From assembly GCF_004010195.1 (NCBI RefSeq), contig NC_057718.1, forward strand, positions 92,490,540 to 92,554,539: a stretch of DNA of 64,000 nucleotides, given 5' to 3'. Positions 49,538 through 60,980 of this stretch are shown in pieces (position 1 is the first letter of the stretch; every line of letters starts with the position of its first letter). The notes beneath the pieces were generated by a model, which worked only from the letters and a program-made list of their open reading frames with translations, had not been told where the DNA came from and searched no databases. The position numbers and the translations under genes were made by a program. This DNA is from Chiloscyllium plagiosum (lineage: Eukaryota).

Positions 49538-50610
49538 AGGGCAGCAGGTCAGGCAGCATCCAGGGAACAGGAGAATCGACGTTTCGGGCATTAGCCCTTC
49601 CTCAGGAATGAGGAAGGTTGGTCCAGCAGGCTAAGATAAAAGATAGGGAGGAGGGACTTGGGGGAGGGNNNNNNNNNNNNNNNNNNNNNNNNNNNNNNNN
49701 NNNNNNNNNNNNNNNNNNNNNNNNNNNNNNNNNNNNNNNNNNNNNNNNNNNNNNNNNNNNNNNNNNNNNNNNNNNNNNNNNNNNNNNNNNNNNNNNNNNN
49801 NNNNNNNNNNNNNNNNNNNNNNNNNNNNNNNNNNNNNNNNNNNNNNNNNNNNNNNNNNNNNNNNNNNNNNNNNNNNNNNNNNNNNNNNNNNNNNNNNNNN
49901 NNNNNNNNNNNNNNNNNNNNNNNNNNNNNNNNNNNNNNNNNNNNNNNNNNNNNNNNNNNNNNNNNNNNNNNNNNNNNNNNNNNNNNNNNNNNNNNNNNNN
50001 NNNNNNNNNNNNNNNNNNNNNNNNNNNNNNNNNNNNNNNNNNNNNNNNNNNNNNNNNNNNNNNNNNNNNNNNNNNNNNNNNNNNNNNNNNNNNNNNNNNN
50101 NNNNNNNNNNNNNNNNNNNNNNNNNNNNNNNNNNNNNNNNNNNNNNNNNNNNNNNNNNNNNNNNNNNNNNNNNNNNNNNNNNNNNNNNNNNNNNNNNNNN
50201 NNNNNNNNNNNNNNNNNNNNNNNNNNNNNNNNNNNNNNNNNNNNNNNNNNNNNNNNNNNNNNNNNNNNNNNNNNNNNNNNNNNNNNNNNNNNNNNNNNNN
50301 NNNNNNNNNNNNNNNNNNNNNNNNNNNNNNNNNNNNNNNNNNNNNNNNNNNNACGTGGTCGATGATGCCCTCCACCGCATCTCTTCCACTTCCCGATCCT
50401 CCGCCCTTGAACCCCGCCCCTCCAACCGCCACCAGGACAGAACCCCACTGGTCCTCACCTACCACCCCACTAACCTCCATGTACAGTGCATCATCCGTTG
50501 CCATTTCTGCCACCTCCAAACGGACCCCACCACCAAGGATATATTTCCCTCCCCTCCCCTATCAGCATTCCGTAAAGACCACTCCCTCCGTGACTCCCTC
50601 GTCAGATCCA
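49538..50610. mobile_element. Penelope-like element spanning an assembly gap (inverted pLTR left, + strand ORF piece right)
   Basis: - strand hammerhead ATTC-CTGAGGA-A-GGGC TAAT GCCC-GAAA-CGTC-GATT at 49574-49609; PLVLTYHPTNL...AFRKDHSLRDSLVRS at 50355-50610. Confidence 0.85.
49669..50352. other. Assembly gap (N run)
   Basis: 684 N. Confidence 1.
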
Positions 50611-50671
50611 CAAACAAGAGCATTGCCTTAGGATGGGACAGATATTTAATGAGGTAGGTTTGAAACAATAT

Positions 50672-51370
50672 GGCCAGCATATGGATATAAAAGAGACCTC
50701 AGCGGCAACTTTTTCACGCAGAGGGTGGTATGTGTATGGAATGAGCTGCCAGAGGAAATGGTGAAGACTATACAATTGCTACATTTAAAAGGCATCTGGA
50801 TGGATGTATGAATAGGAAGAGTTTGGAGGGATATGGGCCAGCAGCTGAGACTAGATTGGGTTGGGATATCTGGTTGGCATGGACAAGGTGGACCTTGGAG
50901 TGCAGGTTCATAGCTCCTTGAAAATGGAATCACAGGTAGATAGGATAGTGAAGAAGGTGTTTGGTATGCTTTCCTTTATTGTTTCCAACCTACCTCATTA
51001 AATATCTATCCCACCCTAAGGCAATGCTCTCGTTTGATGTTAGCCAGATTCTACCACTCACCTCATCCAGAAGAACTCGCCCGTGCTTGGAATTCCAGAA
51101 TAGATTGTCATCCCTGGTGCCAATGCCACACTTAAAAGGTTGTGGCACATCTGGACAAGTACTGTCAGTCTGGAGCTGCCCTGCATGGTGACTGACATTT
51201 ATTCTGTATATGGCAGAGAAGGGATGATATGGAGGTGCCAGTGTTGGATTAGGGTGGACAAAGTCAGTAGTATAGGAGTTGGGAGGTCACGTTGTGGGCT
51301 ATACAGAACATTGTTTCAGCCACTTTTGGAATATTGCATGCAATTTTGGTCTGTGTCTCTATGACTCTAT
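50672..51370 (+). mobile_element. Scrambled CR1 (HER1-like) fragments with an internal foreign insert
   Basis: 3' end (50680-50895) fused to an upstream RT piece (DLGVQVHSS, 50891-50980); CR1 resumes at ~51266. Confidence 0.75.
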
Positions 51371-51720
51371 AAGTTGTCACTTAGTCAAAATAAGAGCCAA
51401 TTTGGTAACATGCCATTGTCTTTTATAAGAATTAACTCTGATCGAAACAGTAATTAGTCAGCCTAATATGTTTGTCTTCCTGCTGCCTGCCCTCTTAACC
51501 ACATTCCACTCTCTATTTCTCTTTGCTCTTTTGCCGAATCTTTATTTTTCCTCTCTCTCTAATCTTAACACTTTAGTTTAACCAACAATGGATCATTTTG
51601 ACTTGTTTGAATAATTTCCATTATCTGTTCTTCTGACCAATATTAGTATATGGCAAACATTAGTTTTGAACTAGCATTGCTTCATATTAGATATTTCTGA
51701 GGAATTAAAAACTAGTACTG

Positions 51721-52025
51721 ATTAGACTACCTACAGTGCAGAAACAGGTTCTTCAGCCAAGCAGTCCACAACAACCCTCCAAAGAGTAACCCACCTAGAC
51801 CCATTTCTCTCTGACTAATGCATCTAACATTATGGGCAATTTCCCATGGCCAATTCACCTAACCTGCACATCTTTGGACTGTGGGAGGAAACTGGAGCAC
51901 CGAGAGGAAACTCACACAGATATGGGGAGAATATGCAAACTCCACACAGACAGTCACCCAAGGCTGGAATCAAACCTGGGACCCTGGTGCTGTGAGGCAG
52001 TTGTGTTAACCACTGAGCCACCGTT
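51721..52025 (-). mobile_element. HE1-type V-SINE
   Basis: Reverse-complement head GGTGGCTCAGTGGTTAAC, B box GGTTTGATTCC, V-domain. Confidence 0.9.
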
Positions 52026-52194
52026 CAGCAACAAAAACAAGAAGAACAGCAGGTAGGATGATTTCCAAGTGACCCAGTTCACAGCTAATTCAAGCTTTAT
52101 CACTGATAACTACATTATTAATTTAAGGAGATGCAAATGTTTAGCCTTATGTAGGGAATTAAATACCAAAATTTTAAAAGAAAATGACTTTTAA

Positions 52195-52420
52195 TCAAAA
52201 ACAGAATTTTTTGGAGAAACTCAGCAGGCCTAGCAGCATTGGTGGAGAGAAAGCAGAGTTAACGTTTTGAGTCCAATGACCCTTCTTCAGAACAGGAGTC
52301 GCTAGATTCAATGTTAACTCTGCATTCTCTCCACCAATGTTGCCAGACATGCTGAGTTTCTCCAGCAATTGATGCTTTTGTTTCAGATTTTCAGCATCAG
52401 CAGTTCCTTGTGTTTTTTTA
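52195..52420. mobile_element. Penelope-derived foldback mini-element (older family)
   Basis: Arms ~52212-52265 / ~52311-52364; - strand GTT-CTGAAGA-A-GGGTC ATTG GACTC-AAAA-CGTT-AAC at 52258-52293. Confidence 0.8.
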
Positions 52421-52628
52421 AATAATGTTTAGTCAATCTGTTGGAACTTACTATGAATTTTAACAACCAAATTAGATGATTTGGAGGTCAGGTCAGATGT
52501 TAAAACTTTAAAATTCTATAATTCAAGCCCAGCTCTCCTATCTTGGGTTTAGTATGGCGAGAGCAGAGAGCCGACCTCTTTGTCTGTGACTGATTAGCAA
52601 TGAGATTGGCAATCTCTGATTTAAGCTT

Positions 52629-52820
52629 CTTTTTCACGCAGAGGGTGGTATGTGTATGGAATGAGCTGCCAGAGGAAATGTGGAGACTATACAATTGCTA
52701 CATTTAAAAGGCATCTGGATGGATGTATGAATAGGAAGAGTTTGGAGGGATATGGGCCAGCAGCTGAGACGAGATTGGGTTGGGATATCTGGTCAGCATG
52801 GACAAGTTGGACCTTGGAGT
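52629..52820 (+). repeat. Local duplicate of CR1 segment 50709-50901
   Basis: Near-identical, including apparently private variants and the same chimeric end GGACCTTGGAGT. Confidence 0.85.
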
Positions 52821-53374
52821 TAAACAGTGCCAGTAAAGCAAACAACTACAGGGAGAGGGCAGTTCAGCACTGCTTATGTGTCAAGGGGACAAAGAGTGTT
52901 TCACTGCCCCTTCCACCCTACCCCAGCCCAGGACCCTCCTACCTCCCACACTCACCTCATCTGAACCTACCCCAGGATCACCAATTTTTTTTTAGGATCG
53001 GGTATATTTGCTCTTGCCTCCTGCCTTGGAATCCTCCTTACCTACTTGAAGCTAAACCTATTCATCAGGGTGACCTTTGGGCAGAAAATGTTTCAAGGAC
53101 AGAGATTGTGTGCTGTGGACTTTGCGATTAACTGTCTGAAACAACACTTGCTCTTCCACATTCATTCCTGTTAATATCTAGACTTCAATCCCTCTGGTTA
53201 TCTAGGTTGAGTTGTGATGTGTTTTTTTATGCTTATTATCAGAGTGAAATCCTGCCATAATAATTATAGCTCAATCTTAATCAGCCATATTAACTTGATT
53301 TATTAGTTACAGACTTAGAAAATATTTTACCTACAGAATGTAATTACATTTGTTTTGATAGTGACTTGATTCTG

Positions 53375-53625
53375 GGACCTAAGAGGCAACATTTTCACAC
53401 AGAGGGTGGTGCAAGTATGGAATGAGCTGCCAGAGGAAGTGGTGGAGGATGGTACAATTACAACTTTTAAAAGATATCTGGATGGGTATATGAATAGGGA
53501 GGGTTTAGAGGAATATAGGCCAAGTGCTGGTGAATGAGACTAGATTAGATTAGGATATCTGGTCGGCATGGATGAGTTGGACCAAAGGGTCTATTTTCTT
53601 GCTGTACATCTCTATCACTCTATCA
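53375..53625 (+). mobile_element. CR1 (HER1-like) 3' end
   Basis: WNELPEEVVEDGTI; tail CTCTATCACTCTATC. Confidence 0.88.
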
Positions 53626-54229
53626 CCTGTCAAGTCACATGCGACCATTTGTTTTTCTCCTGAGATTATGTTTTTAATATGTGATCTTAATTTCAGTTGG
53701 ATTAACAAATTTGTTAGAAATTGATATCGGTCAATTTAATAACAAGAAGAAAGATCTAAATAGTAGGATTAACTGTTATTGTAAATTTGAAGGAAATATC
53801 TTTTTACGCTCTCTAATTTTAAATATTCATAAGGATTACAATTCAGTGATACTTGACACAGAATGAAGGATGCAGGTGCATGTAATCTTTTCATGTATTT
53901 CATATATTTCTTGACTGTTACAATCAGCATAATTAATATCAACGTTAAAAGTAGGAACCAGAACTAGATGTGTCAGAGGTAACCATAACCTTAACCAACT
54001 GCAATATGCCCAAATAAAAGGTTTGAGATCTATCTTTAGTATAATTTATGATGGCAGAGAGTGTACTGAAATAATGCATTGAGTTAGGAGCAAGAAATAG
54101 TTTATCACAGTATTCCTATATCTATGTTCAAATATCAACTATAATCTTGCTCAAAGATTATACTTAACAAATTTACAGCATGTGCTGTTATGTAGTGATA
54201 AAGCTAAACAGATGAGATGAATATTCCTT

Positions 54230-54337
54230 TTGAAACGTTAGCTTGCTCTCCTTCCATGGATGTTATCTGACCTGTTGTGATCTCCAGTATTTGTTGTTTT
54301 CAGTACAGATTCCAGCATCTGCAATAATTTGTTCCTA
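54230..54337 (+). mobile_element. Penelope pLTR 3' remnant
   Basis: GAAACGTT...TGACCTGTTGTGATCTCCAG...ATTCCAGCATCTGCA. Confidence 0.65.
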
Positions 54338-57009
54338 TCTAATGAAGGGTTATTTCCTCCCTGTGAGAAGTGCAGAGGTATTTGTTTCAATACAACTGGT
54401 AAGTGAGGTGAGGAGACACTTTTTCCACTGCAATAGATAATGAAATTACTAATTGTTCTCCAGCAACTGATTAAAAGCACAGATTTCCCCATTGGGGGTT
54501 GATTATGTACACATTTCCTTTCATATTATTACATCATTCCCACACCCAGTATTCCATGCGACAGTGTAATCTCCAATTCCAACCTCCAAATGATGAATAC
54601 CACCAAAGAGGTGCAAGATTTTAATATAGGTAATGCAGTGCATACTTTAAAATATAGGAAATAATTTGAAGGAATAAGAACAATTGTAGCACAAATAATT
54701 CATCTACTTGGGATGCTGTAGTGTTACTTTGTGGGATTTAGTTAGCAATGTGCTTAATTTACTGGAAACATTAGATTGTAATGAAAGTGTCAAAATAACG
54801 CAAACCTTGCCAACAGTAACCAGAAGGTAAAATATCCTGCAGAAGGCAATTGTGGCTACAAAAGCCTCCACTCTGCATCTAACCCTGGATGGAAAATTAT
54901 GCTGTGCTTTTACTCACTATCATTGACAATTTCTTAAAAGTTCATTAACAAATACTTTTTATTTTAGTTTTCAAGTGCTGCACTAGTTATGAAATAGTAA
55001 GGTGTGTTGCAATAACTATTCAGTGAATGCTGAGCATAATAGGGATAATGGATTATTTGAAAAGAACTGATCTAGATTCATGTTGTCAAGGCAATGTTTT
55101 GTTTGAAGTACAATGCCTGAAGACACGGCTCTTGACTTTCTATGTACAGAACAATTTTCAAGGGCGCATTGTCAGAGACAATAGAAGAAACTGAATCTGT
55201 TCAACAGCAAACGGATTTCTGAAGCAAATTTTGCAGTGTCTCAATTAACTATGTACAAACTAGGCTCAAGTTATTTTTTTCTTTAGCTTCTTTTAGCACA
55301 AGTTCATGAAAATGGCTCAGATATAATATAAGCCAGAGCTGGATAATGTGTAGGAGTTGTCTGAATCTTGACCAATTAAAATAAACACAACTGAAAAGAT
55401 TCAGATTTATCTTTAGTACAATTTAGGAGGGAAGCAAGGATACTGGAGAGATGCAGTGTGTCAGGAGGATGAGATACATGTATCACAGTGTTCCTACCTT
55501 TTATTGAAGGTCATCTCAATCAGTATTTGCTTGAAGACGATCCTCACCAAAGCTACAGCATGCAGTGCATTTGTGATTTTAAAATGTTTAATTTATAGAG
55601 TTTAATTTGTATATATAAACTTCACTTTTGGAGTTTGGACTTCAAAACATTGGCAAACAGGTGTTGGTTACTTTTCTGAAGGGTTTTCTATTTCAAAAAA
55701 ACTTCAAAGTTGGTCAATACTTCTGGAACAGCAGGTTAATGCTGCTGATAGACAATCCCACCACAGCTACACGCTTTATCATCTGTACTATAGAATAATC
55801 CAAACACAGTCAAGGAGCTGGAGTGGATGCCGAACACAGAGCTTTATAAGGAGGCTTCTTGCTTTTGCTAATATGTGCTCCTGCTGTGTAAGACTAACTG
55901 CAAAAGAATAAAATGGTAGCAATGTGGTTGATGGGACCTGTTCTGAATTCTATGGACAACAAGCTACCAATCTTACAGGTTCTGATACAGGTACTGCCTT
56001 TCTGACCCTGACAACAGCCAGTGCATAATCCCATCTCTTCACCTTTCCTGAAACCAAGCACTCCATCGCCACCACCGCGCCCCAGCCTTCCATATGGAAA
56101 ACTACATCAGTCTGTCTTACAAATTCCTGAGGATCTTTGATTTGTATGTTTTATTTGTATGTTAGTATGTTTTATTGTCTCTGAGGTGGGTAATTTAGTT
56201 AGGACGGTGAGTCTTCTACTGTTTGTGAAAATATGGTGCAAGCATTTTGGATGAAGCATCTTATTTTGTTTTTGCTCACTGTGTGATTTACATTTAAAAA
56301 TCTAAGATCAGATATGAATAACCTTAATACTGCAATATGAATATCTTTGTAAGCAAACAAAAAGACAATTGGCCATTGAGTTTTTTTTAATATTAATCCT
56401 TCATGGCCCCGGAACATCTTTATAAACGTTTCAAAATGTCCTCAAGTTTGTGAATCATAACATCAGCAACCTGTCTGGAACAGTCTTGGTATGGGTATGC
56501 TAAAATCATAGTAAAAAAGATTTGAAATTATTTAAAGTGGTGGCTAACCACTTCTCACTCAAAAGTTGAATTCACAACTGTACATTTTTTTTGAGCAAAC
56601 CAGAATGAACTCTCCAAAAAACAATTTCAGTGATTAATTTGGCTTGCTGTTACACTAATGTTCCTTGTGGAAGAAATTGGAGTAGAATAAGCAACCTCAT
56701 CAGATGTTTTACCATCGAAATGAACTTAGATATTTCCAGCCCAACTATCTGCTTAATTTTGGCTGTCCTTTTGGTAATTTGAATAAAACTTGCTACATCA
56801 GTGAGCAGACATTTCAGGTTGATGCAAAGTAATTGATTTCAAAGTTTATGCATTTTGATTCTTCACAAATGCTACAGGACGTGCTTGATATTTTAATTGT
56901 TATCTGCATTTCTAGGATCCACATGTTACTTCTTGTTAAATGGGTGATTTCTTTATGACTTCATGCTTGAAAGCTCCCTCCCAACCTCTTGCCATTGCTG
57001 TAGCTGCAG

Positions 57010-60000
57010 AGCACAGGGCAGTCAGATGTTAGTAGGTGAGTGCTGTGTAGCAGCATTTGGGTACACCAATTTTCTTGATACTGCTGGGGAGCAACCTGGG
57101 AAGGTAAGTAATATAAAATCTTACCTCGCAGTTTTGCGGCCTTCACTTCAAGAGAGGAGCTGAGTGGGAGAGAATGGAGAACAGTCTGTGAGGGTAAGTG
57201 ATTGATTCTGAGGATTTCAGCAATGGGGAAGGTGAAAGATGTTGTCACTGGAGGGCTGTAATTTGATTGTTTAATAAGGGGTCTACTAAATTTGAATCTG
57301 AGTTAAATTGAATCTGGTTAATTGATTGGTTGCAATTTATTTTTTGGTTACAACTTGCATTTAGATGAAGAAAATAAGCAGAGGTATAAAAATAGTTAAA
57401 AATTAAACAATAACTAATTCAAAACTATTTAAATAAAATAAGAATGGAGGGTCAGATGATGTGTTGTTTCTGCATGATGTGGGAGCTGGTGGACCCCGTT
57501 GTGGTTCCCAGGGATTATGTTTGTCGTAAATGTTGGTTGCTGGAAGAACTCGAGCTCAGAGTCAATGAGCTGCAGTCTGAACCTCAAACATAGCGACACA
57601 TGAGGGAGGGAGAGAGTTCCCTGGATACTGTGTTTCAGGAGACAGTCACACCCTTAGACTAACTCAAATTCGGCCAGTGTTGAGGGACAGGAGGGTGGGG
57701 CTGTGAGTGAGGCAGATAGAGGGATCCAGGAGGTGGAGTTGCAGGAGCCTCCACCCTTGTCCTTGTCCAACAGGTTCAAGAGTTTTGCTTCCTGTGCAGA
57801 TGGAAATGGAGACTGCAAGGAGGATGACTAACTGACAGCACCACCATGGTACAGGGAGCCGTTCAAGTGGGGGGGGAGGAGAGAAAAGAAATGTTGTTGT
57901 AATTGGTGATAGTATAGTTAGAGGCATAGATACTGTTCTCTGTAACCAGGGTTGAGAGTCCTGAAGGTTGTGTTGTCTGCCTGGTGTTGGGTTTGGGATA
58001 TCTCATGTGGGCTACAGAGGGACTTGGAGTAGGAGGGTAAAGATCCAGTGGTCATGGTCCATGTGGGTACCAACGGCATAGATCAAACTAGGGCAGAGGT
58101 TCTGTGAAGGGGGTGTGAACAGCCAGGTGCTAAATTTAAAAGCAGAACTAAATGGTGGTAATCTCTGGATTACTACCTGAGCCATGAGCTCATTGGCACA
58201 GGGTCAGTAAGATGAAACAAGTAAATGTGTGGCTCAAAGTTTGGTGTGGGATGAAATGGGTTTGAATTCATGGGACATTGACACCAATACTGGGGAAGAA
58301 GGGACCTGCTCCGATGGACGGACTTCATCTGAATCATACTGGGACCAGAGACCTGGCGAATTGCATAACTAGGGCTATAGACAGGACTTTAAGCGAAATG
58401 TGAGGGGGGAGGATACAGTTATCGGATAAATTAGAAAACCTGAATTAAAGGAGCAGGTAAAAATGCAGAACTCAGGAGAGGTTATTAAAATCTCCAGCAT
58501 TGGTACAAGTAGGACAGGGTGTTTGGAAAGGGATTGCAACGAAGCTTCAAGTACACTGGACAACCGAATGACCATGAGAAGATGGACAGTTAACACAGGA
58601 CTGCAGGTGTTATATCTGAATGCATGCAGTATAAGGAATAAGGTAAATGAGCTTGTGGTGCAGATTGAAATTGGCAGGTATGATGTGGGCATCACTGAGA
58701 TGTGGCTGCAAGGGGATCAGGAATGGGAGTTGAATATTCAATGATATACATCACATCGAAAAGATAGGCAGGTGGGCAGAGGAGGTAAGATTGCTTTACT
58801 GGTAAGAAATGAAATTAACTCAATAATAAGAAACAAAGTAGGATCAGGTGGTGAAGATTCTGTGTGGGTAGAATTGAGGAACGACAAAGGTTAAAAAAGA
58901 ACATAATTGGAGTTATGTCCAGGCCTCCAAATACTGGTCAGGTGCTGGGGCGCAAGATACACCAGGAGATAGAAAAGATGTGTAGGAAACACAAAGTTAC
59001 AGTGATTGTGGGAGATTTCAATATGCAGGTGGACTGGGAAAATCAGGTTGCTGGTGGATTGCAAACAAAGGAATTTGTGGAATGTCTATGAGATGGCTTT
59101 TTGGAGCAGCTTATGGTGGAGTCCATTGTGGAACAGGCAATACTGGATTTAGTGTTGTGCAATGAAGCAGACTTAATAAGGGAGCTTAAGGTGAAGGAAC
59201 CCTGAGGAGGCAGTGATCATAACATGACTGAATTTACTCTGCAATTTGAGACGGAGAAGGTAGAGTCAGAGGTAACAGTGATACAGCTAAATAAAGGAAC
59301 TACAGAGCCATGAGAGATGAGCTCGGTAGAGTTGACTGGGAGAGGAGCCTAGCAGGAAAGACAGTGGAACAGCAATGGCAGGAGTTTCTGGGAGTAATTC
59401 AGGAGACACAGTAGAATTCATCCCGAGGAAAAAGGGATGAATCCTCCCTGCTACGGGGAGGATAAGACAACCATGGCTGACTAAGGAAGTCAGGGATAGC
59501 ATAAATGCAAAAGAGGAAGCACATAATGTGGTGAAGGGTAGTGGGAACCCAGAGGATTGGGAAGACCAACAGGGGACAACAAAAAAATGAAGAGGGAAAA
59601 GATTAAAAATGAGGGTAAGCTAGCCAATAATATAAAGAAAGACTGTAAGAATTTCTTTAGTTATATAAAGGGCAAAAGAGGGGCAAAAGTGGACATTGGG
59701 CTGCTGGAAAATGATGCTGGAGCGATAGTAGTGGGGAATAAGGAAATAGCCGAGGAACTGAATAATTACTTCGTATCAGTGTCCACAGTGGAAGATACGA
59801 GTAAGATCCCAAAAATTCAAGAGAGTGAGGGGGCAGAGCTGAATATGGTGGCCATCACCAAGGAGAAGTTGCTAGAATAATTGAATGGCCTGAAGGTGGA
59901 TAAATCACTTGGACCAGATGGATTACACCCTAGAATTCTAAGGGAAATAGCTGAAGAGATAGTCGAGGCTATAATGATGATCTTTCAGGAATCGTTAGAG

Positions 60001-60202
60001 TCAGGGAGGGTCCCAGAGGACTGGAAAATCATGAATGTGACACCCAGGTTTAAAAAGGAAGTAAGGCAAAAGACAGAAAATTGTAAACCAATTAGCCTAA
60101 CCTTTGTTGTGGATAAGATCCTGGAATCCATTGTGAAGGATGAGATTTCTGAATACTTGGAAGCATATGGTAAAATAGGGCAAAGTCAGCACGTTTTCAT
60201 CA
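57010..60202 (+). mobile_element. CR1 LINE 5' portion: 5' UTR, ORF1 (zinc finger/coiled coil/SGNH esterase, ~57444-58410) and ORF2 EN + start of RT; disrupted
   Basis: MEGQMMCCFCMMWE...YVCRKCWLLEELELRV; VVVIGDSIVRG; VHVGTNG; EN YLNACSIRNK...GITEMWL, GDFN, GSDHN; KSLGPDGLHPRILRE. Confidence 0.92.
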
Positions 60203-60482
60203 TAGAGTCATAGAGATGTTCCACATGGAAATAGACCCTTCGGTCCAACCCGTCCATGCCAACTAGATATCCCAACCCAATCTAGTCCCGTCTGCCAGCA
60301 GCTGGCCCATATCCCTCCAAACCCTTCCTATTCATATACCCATCCAAATGCCTCTTAAATGTTGCAATTGTACCAGCCTCCACCACATCCTCTGGCTGCT
60401 TATTCCATACACATACCATTCTCTGTGTGAAAAAGTTGTCCCTTGGTCTCTTTTATATCTTTCCCCTCTCACCCTAAACCTT
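60203..60482 (-). mobile_element. CR1 (HER1-like) 3' end inserted in CR1
   Basis: CATAGAGTCATAGAGATG... near copy of 42298-42580. Confidence 0.9.
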
Positions 60483-60760
60483 TGAATTTATGAAGGGAAA
60501 TAATGCTTGATAAATCTATTGGAATTCTTCAAGGATGTAACTATTAGAATTGATAATGGGGAGCCATTAGATGTGGTGTATTTAGACTTTCACAAGGCTT
60601 TTCACAAAATCCATCATGAGAGATGACCATATAAAATTAAAGTACATGGGGTGTGAGCAGGGTATCAAGATGGATATAAAACTGACTGGCAGAGAGGAAG
60701 CAAAGAGTATGAATAAACAGTTTTTTTCTAGATAGCAGGCAGTGATTACGGGGTACAGGG
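60483..60760 (+). mobile_element. CR1 RT fragment (more diverged)
   Basis: CLINLLEFFKDVT.RIDNGEPLDVVYLDFHKAF. Confidence 0.75.
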
Positions 60761-60766
60761 TGGAAG

Positions 60767-60975
60767 GTGGCTCAGTGGTTAGCACTGCTGCCACGCAGCA
60801 GACTTGGGCAACTGTCTGTATGGAGTCTGCACATTCTCCCTATGTCTGAATGGGTTTTCTCTGGGTGCTCTGATTGCTTCCCACAGTTCAACAATGTGCA
60901 GGTTAAGTGGTTTGGTTGTGCTAAATTGTCCCATAGTGTCCAAGCATGTGCAGACTAGGTGGATTATCCATGTAT
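60767..60975 (+). mobile_element. HE1-type V-SINE (internally deleted)
   Basis: GGTGGCTCAGTGGTTAGCACTGCTGCC head and V-domain. Confidence 0.8.
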
Positions 60976-60980
60976 TAGCC

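Noticed and set aside
49591..50631. Long ORFs of 235-337 aa
   Set aside because: They read through the second N gap
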